Assembly: GCA_964187785.1 (NCBI GenBank)
Contig: OZ076409.1
Span: 80,664,001 to 80,724,000 of the forward strand
Source of the DNA: Amphiscolops sp. MND2022
Taxonomy: Eukaryota
Direction: 5' to 3'
Length of the DNA: 60,000 nucleotides
Shown here: positions 25,601 through 37,666 of the stretch, in pieces
How the letters are laid out: each line of letters opens with the position of its first letter
Position numbering within the stretch: the stretch's first letter is position 1
Program-made: the position numbers and the translations under genes
Notes under the pieces: model-generated
Told to the model about the DNA's origin: nothing
What the model saw: only the letters and a program-made list of their open reading frames with translations
Database searches by the model: none

Positions 25601-28600
25601 ATAACTCTAATTACAGATACAATTCTCGATCCCGATACAGATCTCGTTCTCAATCACAAGGAAATTCCTTTAAACGATACAATTACCCATATAGATCTAC
25701 ATCTAGACCAAGAGATTTTAGATCACGATCTAGAACACCTTCACAAAACAGACAACAAAAGAGAATAAACCAAGTAGATGTTAACCCTGCAAATGACAAA
25801 GATAGTACCAAATTTGAAATCCATACATGTCAAATAACTGAAATTGCAAACACAATTACTCCTTATAGTTGGTTTTACCCACTATATGTTCATACCTCTG
25901 AAACGAAAGACAACTTAATACCTTCAAAATTAGAAATTCTATTTCTTCTAGACACTGGAGCCTCCATATTTGTTTTGAACTTACCGACATTCCATGTAAT
26001 TTCTAAACAACTAAACCTCAATGTTCCAACGAATATCGGAAATAAAAGAGCTAAAACTCTTACAGTTGCAAATCAAACTGAAGTACCAATAATATATTAT
26101 ATTTCAATGACATGTTTCACCGAAGTAAACCATCAAAATCGATCGTTTAATTTTGACTTTGCCGTTGCAAACATTAAATACAACATTCTTGGAACACCTT
26201 TCTTCAAAAGACATATTCAAAATATCGACTTTCAACAAAATATTATGACTTATAAAGAACAACACTCAAAACTTCCTACAAAAACACACTTCTCCACATT
26301 TACAGAAAAGGACTATCCATATGTTTCATACATTTATACTATTAAATGTAAAGAACCAATTCACTTTAAACCAAGATCAGGCAAAACCATACATTTCCCA
26401 ATCAAAAATTATTTGAACTTACACTTTGAACTAGAAGATAATACAAAATTCTACCCATCAACTCCATACACATTTTTCTTACAAAAATTAAAAGATATTT
26501 TTGATTTTTTAGACATGATAGTTAATGACAAAAACAAAGACTCATGTGCAACAATAATTCAAAATTTTACATCTCACACAGCTACATTACCACGAGGAAT
26601 AATTGGTAACATAGGAATTCCTATACCTCAAAGAACTCCTCCTCACTATAGAGTGCACGATGTAAACTCTCTCATTCATTCTGTAATACATGCTTATCAT
26701 CCTGATACCACTATTCCAATTAAACAAAATGAATACACCGATATGAATTTATGTACTCTAGTAATTCCCAAATCATTATTAGAAATCAACAAAAAAGAAA
26801 TAAATGATAAAACACTTCAATTACCAATACCTTCTGTCACTGGAAATCTTCGACTTTCCGATAAAATAAGAAAAGATTTTCCTCCATTACCATATTCTAC
26901 AGGAAACCAGCATTTTATAAAGAAATTCAACTTTGAATACTCACATTTAGTTGATACTGCATCTGTAAACCTCTGCAATATCCTTATTAACGATCAAAAT
27001 TGTTACGCAAAGCACAAAAACGACGTAGGAAAAATTTCTACTCCCTTCAGAATTAGAATTAAAGAAAACTGTAAACTTCAAACACAGCGACCGTCTAAAG
27101 TACCAAGACATTACAGAGACCGACTCAATAAACTCTTATTAGAACTCGAAAAATATAATATAATAAAACAAATTGGTTCCACACCAGATGAAAAACATAC
27201 AATTGGAACAACATTCCTAAATCTTTTAATCTTTATTCCCAAAGGAGACGCGATAAAAGTCGTCCTAGATGCTAGACATCTTAACTCAAATACAAACCAA
27301 GAACTTGAATCTTGGCCTATTGAACCTTTAGCTCCTCAATCAGCTGGAGCTAACAAAAAGTACAAATCAACCATTGACCTAATGTACGCATACGCTCATA
27401 CCCCATTAGACGAAGAAACAATTAAACTTACTGGATTCTCATCCGGAGATAAATTATATGCCTTTATCCGTGAATTTTATGGATTAAAGGGACTTCCAAA
27501 TTTTTTCACAAAACAAATGTCAACTTGTTTTAGACCACTTATAGACAAACGTTCTGCGTTAGTATATATTGATGATATACTACTATTAGCAGACGAAAAA
27601 CAAGAAATGTTTGAACTTATCAAAGAACTTCATATAATAGCAACCAGAGAAAACCTCAAACTTGCACCTAAAAATCATTTTACATGTTTCTCAAAGTAAA
27701 ATGCCTTGGACATGAAATAGGGAAAAACACAATAAAACCAATTCCATCAAAAATTGAAGCCATCAAAAGAATTCCCTCACCAAAAGAAAAGAAAGCCGTT
27801 ATGCAATTTTTAGGCAGTGTTAACTTTTATTGAAAATTCATTGAAAAACTTCATATAAACCTTAAACCACTGTATACCTTATTACATGACGATATTAAAT
27901 TTCAATGGACACCCGAACCAGAAAAAATATTTCAAGACGTCAAAAACGCAATGACAGCAGATACTGGATTAACAATACCTAATACAAAACATCCATTTTT
28001 CATAACAGTAGACTCTTCATTAGTTGGTTTAGGCGCAGTCTTATTCCAAATGAATGAAACAAACAAAATGAAAGTTATTTCTTACAATTCAAGAATTCCT
28101 AATACACAAGAACAAAAATTTTCAACTTTAGACAGAGAACTCCTCGCAATAGTCTATGCATTACAAATATACGAATTTCTTATTATTGGATCTCCTCATC
28201 CAATCTACATCTTTACAGATCACAAACCGCTACTTCATTGTTTCGCAAAAAAGGGAAACCTTAGTCCTAGTTTTTATAGAGCACAAATGCAATTAACAAA
28301 AATTTCCAAACTGAAAAATATCCATACTCCTGGAAAAAATTTTACTGTAGCAGATATGCTTTCAAGAACTTTTACAAAAGAACAACTTCAAGTACATCAA
28401 TTACGACACAAACAATTAACACCCCAAATAGACTTCTCGATAATGAAAGATAGTCAACTTAAACCAGTACACTATATAGTGAAACACGAAGAAATCAAAT
28501 ATAATCAGAAAAATCATTGCCATCCAAATCTTGCTGATTATGGAGACGATCAATTCTCCATACGTATAAACAACAAAGGAGAAGACATCCATATTAAACC

Positions 28601-30726
28601 CTTAGACTCATTCTCTTTTCAATCGATTGTTCCTTTTGAATCCAAATATAAAAGACCTACAAAGAATCAAACAAAATCACTCTTACAACAATCAACTATT
28701 CTTAATGACACTGATATTCTCAGTGATGACTAGGAACCAACCCAACCACAAGATGTTAAGAATCAGAATTCAAACATATTGAAAGAACAAATGTTGGCAA
28801 TACAAGATCCCACTAAATCTGATTACTATAATCAACAAGTTCCATTTATTGATCCCTACTTCTTCAAATATAAAAGATACTTCATTACTTTTTCTTACCA
28901 GAAAACACACAAATGACAATTGAAACAATAAAATCTCATCAAAAACAAGACCCTGTATTACAAAAAATTTTTCATTGGTTAACGACTAATGACAAACCCT
29001 TACAAATAGACGCATTAATAGCAAGTAACTCTTTCTTTTTAGTATACTACAAACTCTTCAACCAATTATATATTAATCATGAAACAAAATTCATTCATTT
29101 AGCTTACCCTAATCTTCATGATTCAAATCCAAGCCAAAGAGACAAAAATGCTTACCATTTAAACTATTTCATGCACATTTCAACAAACTTCACGCACTTG
29201 GACATTCAGGAATTAAAATATCCATCAAAGTTTTTAACCAATTTTATTTCATACCATGTTTAAACAAATGGATGTCGATATTTATCCATGATTGCATTGA
29301 ATGTCAACAGAACAAACACAATAATCAAAAAAGTCAAACTGCATCAATACAAACATTTTCTGAAAATGCCTCATATTTTAACTATCGAATATCAATGGAC
29401 ACAAAAGGACCCATAAACCCACCATCAAATCAAAACTCCTACATCCATGTTATAGTAGACGCCTTCAGTCACTTTGTAGTAACAGTACCCAAAAAACAAA
29501 TTATTGCGCAAAACGCTGTTAACTCTTTACTACACCATTGGATTACCAAATTTGGACCCCCTGTATACTTAGTAACAGACCGTGGTTGAGAGTACATTAA
29601 TTTTGAATTTGCAAATCTTTGTACTACAAGGGGAATTAGACATTCACCCTTGAACTCCTTACGCACCATGGACAAATGGTTTAGTAGAAAATCAAAACAG
29701 AAACCTTGGAACTCATCTCAGACTTTTTTTACACAATACCCCAGAAAATTGGTCTACTCAAGTCCATATGTACGCTTATGCACAATATTCACAACCACTT
29801 TCCGAAATAAATCTTTCACCTTATTAAATAGTATTTCATACTATACCAAGAATTCCAATCAATTTTGAACTCAATCTTCAAAGAGATACATATAGAAATT
29901 GTACATCTCAATATTGTCAAGATTTACCACTTCATACACAATATCACAAATCCAATTTAAACCCTTTCTTTCATCAAATTTTATCAAAACTAATTCCACA
30001 ATGGATTTTAGCTATTGAAACTGCTATGATGCAAATATACCATACAGTTTACGAAAACACAGAAAGAAAAATTAATTCATTTGCTTATTTTAACAAGACC
30101 TACCATATTCCAAGATCCTTAGACATTGGTACTTTCGTACTAAAAAGAAATTTTCTTCATGTTCACTTTTCAGACAAATTGAAACCTCTCCGAATTGGAC
30201 CATTCAAAATTACAAATAAAAATTCTGATATAACATATGAAATTGTTATTCAAGATGGTTACACGTCTCATATTCAAAGAAATCATTTAGTTCTTTATTA
30301 TCCAAAAGAACCATTCATTTTTCCTTTTTTACAACGATATAATCCTCATTCAATCAAAAACAACTATAATGATTCGGATCTAAATGACCCACTACAATCT
30401 TTTGACATCTTATCCGACGAAGAACAATCAATTGACGACGATCAGTTCACACATTCAAATTCTAATAAAAAACGGATATACCATCCACAATTGATTTCCA
30501 ATCAGAACCATTTAGTCAATATTCTTCATTTCCGTACCAACAAAATACACCAAAAACCAATAACACTAAATCAGAAAATCAAACTGATATTCACGATTAC
30601 GATAATTTTTTTAATCCCCGAAGACACTCCTACAATAGATATAACTTCCGCCCACAACCACGAAAAGACTATCGACTTTTCCTCGGTGAAAAGGATTTAA
30701 TTTCACTTTCTCAAAAATCCTGCTGA
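22606..30726 (+). pseudogene. Ty3/gypsy gag-pol single polyprotein, disrupted
   Basis: Fragments starting 22606, 24871 and 25975 share one frame; capsid-like FDG...PEEYLQQVE...LTGTALDWY; CSYCHKNNHSISNC knuckle; RS-rich tract; FLLDTGAS protease; YIDD (27565-27576); VDSS...RELLAI...TDHKPL RNase H; HH-CC, SMDTKGP, VTDRG, GPF integrase; C-terminus ends 30726 after a frameshift. Confidence 0.93.
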
Positions 30727-30857
30727 AAGAAAGAAAGTTTAGATTTCGAAACCGAATGTTGGAAGAAAGAAAGTTTTGAAACTGAACGTGAAAGTGAATA
30801 AAGAAACAAAACAAAACAAAATCTGAAATGATAAATACAAGATAAACACATTTCAAA

Positions 30858-32294
30858 ATTGACCGAAATACACACTCCTCTTCATCTAGCTCAACTTATT
30901 CACTCCAAATATTACCTGAATACACAGCATATTTAAACTCAGATACGGACATACTGGATTCCTCGTCCTCAAACCCCAGCCCATCTGTTCCATGTTCTCC
31001 TGATAGAGCACCAGCTACACCCACTAATACACCTATACTTCAAACTCAAACTTCAGTAATAACATCTCAACCACAAGTAATTCCACAAAATTTGTTATTC
31101 TTAGACACAGGTTCACCAACAAGTGACTCTTGTGATGAATCAAATACAACACAAAATACTGTACAAAATACCTCAAGTATCCTAAATAGACCCCCTCTTC
31201 CTCCAATTCCTACCACCCGTACTGTTCATATCCCTGATCCAAGTTCTGTTCTTCAATATATTACTCCTTGTCCACATAAAATACCAACAGCAACCAAAAG
31301 ACAAAGAAAAACTCCTTTGCCTACACTACCAAAAAATCTTATTTTACCATCAACAAGTCAAACTCCAATAACTACTATACCAGAACATACAATTAAATCA
31401 CCAATAAAGAAATTACCAGAACTCCCAATTAACTCACCATCAGAACTAAGTTCATTCACATTTTCTCAATTATATCCAAGATTAGAACTACAACGTGTAC
31501 AATCAACAACTACTTCTTCTTTCACAAACTTATATTACAAAGATAAAGACTCTGATTCAACTGCTAATACTAGAATACCACGACATAGTTACAATCTAAG
31601 ATCTCAATCTAGACGAAGTTCTCAAGAATTACAATCTTTAACTAGTTCTACTACTAACTCTAGACTAGTTAGACAACAAGCACAACCAAGATTAGATACT
31701 CCTTCTCTTTCCTCATCTCACCCTACAATACCATCGTCTTTATCAATACCATTTCAAGTAACATCAGGATTTGAAACAGCATCTCTTCTTTCTGAAGATC
31801 CACAAACTATATCAGATAGTGCTGCTAACTTTTCACAAGTTTGTTCACTTAGTTCAATACAATCTAACTCATCTTTACAATTACCTGAATATTTCTTAGA
31901 AGATTATTCAAGACCTCCTACACCAAATCCACACGAATACCCGATTCGTGTTAACTCAAGAATTATTCGTAGTTTTAACGAAGACCCTCGATATACTGTA
32001 CTACCTATTAGATTTATAAACAATAGCTCTCTTTCAAATCCAAGAAAACAAAGAGAATTACAAAGGTTACAAGAAGACCAATTAAAATTAAAATTTGAAG
32101 TTGAAGTTACTTTCAATTCATTTAGACCTCATCCAATTTCTCTTTCAACAAGGGTAGCACATAAAACAACTCCCTCACCATTTTTAGTCACATCTATATC
32201 CTATCTTTGTGACCCAGATTTACCAGAAATTAGAACAGGACAGATAAATTTCTTTAATCCTTATTCAGGATTTAAATATAGAACAATAATTTAA
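30858..32294 (+). CDS. Ser/Thr/Pro-rich ORF, probably the long N-terminal leader of the env precursor
   Basis: Frame open 30846-32294 without ATG (ATT GAC at 30858 may be a mutated start); overlaps the start of the env frame at 32282. Confidence 0.55.
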   Translation: MDRNTHSSSSSSTYSLQILPEYTAYLNSDTDILDSSSSNPSPSVPCSPDRAPATPTNTPILQTQTSVITSQPQVIPQNLLFLDTGSPTSDSCDESNTTQNTVQNTSSILNRPPLPPIPTTRTVHIPDPSSVLQYITPCPHKIPTATKRQRKTPLPTLPKNLILPSTSQTPITTIPEHTIKSPIKKLPELPINSPSELSSFTFSQLYPRLELQRVQSTTTSSFTNLYYKDKDSDSTANTRIPRHSYNLRSQSRRSSQELQSLTSSTTNSRLVRQQAQPRLDTPSLSSSHPTIPSSLSIPFQVTSGFETASLLSEDPQTISDSAANFSQVCSLSSIQSNSSLQLPEYFLEDYSRPPTPNPHEYPIRVNSRIIRSFNEDPRYTVLPIRFINNSSLSNPRKQRELQRLQEDQLKLKFEVEVTFNSFRPHPISLSTRVAHKTTPSPFLVTSISYLCDPDLPEIRTGQINFFNPYSGFKYRTII

Positions 32295-34836
32295 CAAGGA
32301 ATAACAAAAATTTTATCTTATACATTGTATACATAATACATGCCGTTAAATACGCATACATAATACACTTAGTTCATTCCTCATCTGTTCCTAAAGTTGA
32401 TACAACAAATTCCGAAAATCACATCTCAGAACAAGATCCAAATATTTTAACCTTAATTGTATCTCACTATGATCGTGCAAAACAAAATAACCTGAGAGAA
32501 TTTAGCTTACTAAATGTTGAACCATGTAAACAAGCACCCTCAGATATACAACACACAAAAACCCAAGCAACAGTATATGTTAGAGTAAAAGCCAAAAGAA
32601 ATAAAGCCTTCAAATGCGAAGCATATATGAAAACAAAAGGTGTGGTGTTCACAAACATTCACATCTAGTAGACGATATGATCGTTTACAATGGGGACAAA
32701 ACACATTAGAACTACCAAAAATACTTGACCCTATCGAATGTAAAAACATGATAAGATATTTAAACGCCACTGATAGTGAAGAATTAAACAACTACAATAT
32801 ACAAAATTCTCATTATTTGATGATAGTAATTATCAAAAGAAAATTGAAGGAGTTCAAAAACCATTTAGAGTAACACAATTAAACACTTGGCAAATTGAAC
32901 ATTTGTATTTGATGAAAATTATCCTGATTGGATAGTTAATTTTACAAAAAATTCTTACTCAAGATGTAGAAGTGACCGAGAACATTTAATTACCCGACAA
33001 AGTTGGAAACTTAGAATAGTTAACACTATAATAGACTACGATGATGAAAACAATCAATTGATTCATGATGGACATATATTACCATGTTTTCATTCAGATG
33101 GATTTTGTAAACCAACAACAAAGACTCCATATACATTAACATGGTTCGATGAAAAATTTTGCCTCATATTTCAAATACAAGAATTCATTGGAAGAATGAC
33201 AAAAATTAAAGATCGATATTGGGTAGAAACAGATACCTTCATCGAAGCCTCAAATATTACACAAAAATTTCAAACTGAAGGAATACAAGGAACAATATTT
33301 CCAAATGTTAAAACACCGCAATCACCTGTAGACAATCCAAGCCTTTCCAGATTTGAAATATATCCAATTGCTCAAACGTTTTGTGGAAAACCAGATCCAT
33401 TATACTCAACACAATATGAAGACATCTTTGTTACCTACTTAGATGGTTTTGATATGAACACTGGACAACCAAGACCACACTCAATGATAGATCAAAGAAC
33501 TAGTGGACAGATACAAAATGACAATACAAATAAAAAGTATATATTCCCTGCACTAAATATATCAAACAATTTCGCCACTCTAGACTATGATGCTCACATT
33601 AATACAAAAATTGACTTCACCATAAATCATGTATTTAAATCCATGTCAGTACAAGAATTAAACACACTTCATACAATATGTGAACTAGAAAGAACTCAAT
33701 TGTTAACAATCTTAGCTGTGTCAGTCAAGAATCCTCAATTAGACGGTTTTCTTTTACCTGGAAATCGTCGTAATTTCCTCTATGTTGAAGGATCTACAGC
33801 ATGGCTGTATGATTGTCCTCATTTTACATCACCACTATACAAGGCAGATAAATGCTTTGATAGAATTCCCATACACTATAGAGAAACTATAAAGTATGTT
33901 GACCCTATAACAAGACAAACCTTTAACTATGCAACACCAATTGAATGTGGAGACAACCCACAAAATATAATTGAATTAGACCCTGATTCAGATGACGAAG
34001 ATTTTTATGTGTTAACACCAGAACCACTTGAAATTGAAAGGGAAGCACCACAAATGTTTAAACCTACTCAAATTAAAACCAAAATAACTCCCAATACCTT
34101 TACCGCCCAAGACGCTGGTATATATTCAAATGCAGAATTAGATCAATTCTGAAATAGAGTATTGTTTGCAAAACATTCAGACACCACTCTCCAAAGACTT
34201 GGAAAATCATTAAGTTATGATTTCATTACTGTACATAATGAACGTCACTCCCATTCAGGACCCAATCCTTGTAATCATTTAAGAATTGGAATACATGACC
34301 ACCTATTAAACCTTTTACCATTTTTTAACCCTGACTGGTTTAGTCAAGATTTTATTACCTTCTTTGGATATCCATGTTATGTTTTAACACAATGTGGAAT
34401 TTATTTTTCAACATTTCTTTTCATCAGAGAAGTTTTAACGTTTTTACTTAAATTTTACAGAACAATTAGTATAAAATACAATCTCCAAAGTAACATTTCT
34501 GTTTTGAGTTCAATAGCTCATGGGGTTTTTAGTATAGTAACATCGGAAATGGTAACTGATTTAAACAATACCGGAAAGCGAAAACGGATTTATACTAAAC
34601 ACAAAATTACCACTAGCGAAAATGACAATATCCTATTGCCGGAAAAAGGAACACAAAATAAATTGAGAAGATACTCTGATAGCGACTCCCCTTATTTGCC
34701 GCCCAAGTATACAAGTAAAAACTCAACACTTCAATCACCAAAAAAGACACACCCAAACAATAATACTGATACTAATTCACAGGACTATGACCCAATAGTA
34801 CAAAACGTAATAGCTTTACCGGAAAGCCCCGCTTAA
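32282..34836 (+). pseudogene. Envelope glycoprotein, class III fusion protein-like (chuvirus G / gB type), frameshifted
   Basis: Hydrophobic FILYIVYIIHAVKYAYIIHLVHSS, then HYD[R]...FSLLNVEPC, KCEAY...VWCS, PIECKNM, CELERTQLL...NP, GSTAWLYDC, CFDRIPI, YVDPITRQ...IEC, AGIYSNAELDQ; TM segment about 34350-34460; in-frame TGA at 34150-34152. Confidence 0.8.
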
Positions 34837-35323
34837 GTCTTTATAAAACCTAATCCCTCCTAACCGAAAAGCAAGAACCAAATAAAACAAAGTAACCTAA
34901 AAAAGTTCACAAAATTAAAAACAAATTCCCCACCGATTTCACTTTCATTCAAACTTAAATTCTCATTTGGACAAGTTGCCAACTTCAACTCAACACAAGT
35001 TGACCACATCAAATTAACCAAAAGAACTCAGAAATTCTTCTTCTTGCCTATTTCAACTCAGCCAAACAATCTTCAACTGGACCCTCAGTCCCTGCAAACA
35101 GACTGAAGTTACAGAAGTTTTAATTCCGGGAATAGATACCACTGTGATTGTTGTTTTTAACCCTCAACTAACTCAAGTATTCCAATACTGTAAGTACAAT
35201 TTAAACCTTATTTTCAATATTAACTTTAAACTAATGGACTAAAAGTATATAACAATAACATTAATCTTTGTTAAAAGGTATAAGTCCTATTTTAGCGCTA
35301 CAAAATACACGCAAGTTTAAATA

Positions 35324-36611
35324 ATGGAATCCTTGCCCGATATTGATGTAGTTAATTCTAGCCCTTCTGAATTGCTTGCATCCCCTTTAAAGATAACTAT
35401 TCAACAAAATGTTAACGAAGATAATAATTCATCTTCAAATTCTCAAGATAACATGGAAGTTATTCCAGTTGATCAAATTGATCATATAAACACAAGAACT
35501 CAAAAACGAAAATACTCAGATATAACTGCTGACAAACCTTTTATGGAAACTGGCGCTTGCCCTCCTTTCATAAAACCAGTGAAACAAGATGAAAATAGAG
35601 ACAGTGAATTAACTCCTATTTTATCATCAAAACAATTTCCATTTCAATCTCATTTAACCTCATTATGCATGATACCAACCAAATACAAATTCATCATCAG
35701 AGAATTCAAAAATGATTATCATACTTCAATTGCTTCAAAACTAATCACCCCCTATGACTGGTGGTTAAGCAATAAAGTGAAACTTTTCTCACTCCAATAC
35801 AATTTTCTCAGACCATCTATATACGACCTCAGAACTGAAGAAAAGGACACAAATTTCTTATCATATCAAATAAAGAAATATCCTGTCTCTTACCAAAAGT
35901 TTCTTCAATACATAGAACTTGAAAATTACTTGTTCTTCAATCCGAAATATACATCACCCTTCACCTTCAACTCAGAATATCTGATAGATCATACTAAAAC
36001 AAAAGGAAAACTCCGAAATTACCATCCTTTAAAACAAAGTTTCCTTTTCCTTCCAAATGATAACCCGAAAAGATCAATTATTGTTCCACAAGAATATCTC
36101 ACTTTAAACGACGATTCGCTACTACAGGGAGATATACCTCAAAATATATCAGCTCCTCTTCCTCCACTTCAACACATAGCCTCTCAACCCCTTGGAGACA
36201 GCGAAAAATCTTATTACTACGCTATGACCAAAAAGGGATATTCATATAATGAAATAATATTCATTAGTTCTCACCTGCTTTCACTTCTTATGAAAGGAAA
36301 TAATAAAGAACACAAAAAGACAAAACACGACTCTCCAAAAAACAAAAACGGACATTCCCCAACCACAAGATTTCCTCCCAACTGGAGAATTACAAAAATA
36401 CAAAGAAATATTGGATGTCATAAAACCGTATCATCATTCAAAAAGAGATATTATTGTCACTATTGCCGAAATCGCAAACACCCTCGAACAAGCTCGAAAT
36501 TTATAACAAAGTATCGTATTTGATACGACGAGAGTGAGCCAATCAGCTTCGTGTATACGCACATCCTTAGATGAACTCAACTACATATTTGAAAAAATGC
36601 AAAGATCTTAA
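35324..36611 (+). CDS. Accessory ORF3 of the gypsy element (unknown, one frameshift near 36320)
   Basis: 399-aa ATG ORF; an alternative frame continues TDIPQPQDFLPTGELQKYKEILDVI...LDELNYIFEKMQRS to TAA at 36609-36611. Confidence 0.6.
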
Positions 36612-37132
36612 CTGGTAATTATGGGATAATAGCTTTATAATTGTTAACATTTATCACTTAATCTCTTAACAACCTGTCAAAAAGAATTGAGTCTACCCGT
36701 ATATGCTTGCAGTGCATGACTGTACTCTATATTAAATAATAAAATACACTCCATACTAAAATAATAAAATTATTTTCAATAGCGACATAAAAATTTTTAA
36801 CAAAACTCCTCAAATGCTCCTCCTTTAGTGGACCGATTTTAACCAATAAGATCTTAAATGAAAGATATTTAACTACCCTACAAAAGACTTCCAAAATACA
36901 CCAACTTAATTCTTAAAATTAAAAAGATATAACACATTAAAATACATCAGAAAAAAGTCAACTATAATTTTCCATTTTTAAAAGAAATTCAATGTGAACA
37001 AACCAATCTATTTTAGGTGAAATTCGCCGAAACTTCTTCTTCTACATTTCTTCTTCCTCTCAAGACGTTGATCCACTGGCTCTGAGCGACAATTCTCAAT
37101 TATTCAGTCAATTCCTTCAAATTCTTCTAAAG

Positions 37133-37666
37133 ATGACATCACTGAATTCAACTATAGAAGAATCTCCGATTGCCCCTCTGCTTTCAGTTCCTTCAACTCG
37201 ACTCCGATCCCTCATCCTGAAAAAACATTCAACAACATTCTATACACAACTTACAAAAGAAAAAAGAGCTGACCCTCACTTAACCAGATTAATTCTTCTA
37301 AACATGTTTCAAATCTTCCAATTAACGAAGACCAATTTTGAACCATACCTCAAACTTCACAAACATCCGGATACATATGTTATTCAATGCGACGCTACCA
37401 CACAAACTGAATCTACTACCATACGCCCAAAGCCTTTTTCGATAACTTTATCCAATAGATCTCGTACAGAATTCGAAAAACAAAATCTTACATCATATTG
37501 GCCCTCAGATGAATGTGACACAACTGACGAAGAACTTCAAAAAGACCCCCTGAAGCTTCTATCGACAACAATTCTGTTTACAAATCATATACTTACGTTT
37601 CCTTTTGATGGAAATCTTCAACCAATTCAATCAGTCAACATCCCAGATGACATCATTCCACAATAA
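37133..37666 (+). CDS. Accessory ORF4 of the gypsy element (unknown, 177 aa or longer)
   Basis: ATG in AAGATGA context, same strand and codon style as the element, lies inside the LTRs. Confidence 0.5.
   Translation: MTSLNSTIEESPIAPLLSVPSTRLRSLILKKHSTTFYTQLTKEKRADPHLTRLILLNMFQIFQLTKTNFEPYLKLHKHPDTYVIQCDATTQTESTTIRPKPFSITLSNRSRTEFEKQNLTSYWPSDECDTTDEELQKDPLKLLSTTILFTNHILTFPFDGNLQPIQSVNIPDDIIPQ

Noticed and set aside
30300..30726. Chromodomain at the integrase C-terminus
   Set aside because: The region after the GPF motif is low-complexity and lacks the chromodomain aromatic pattern.
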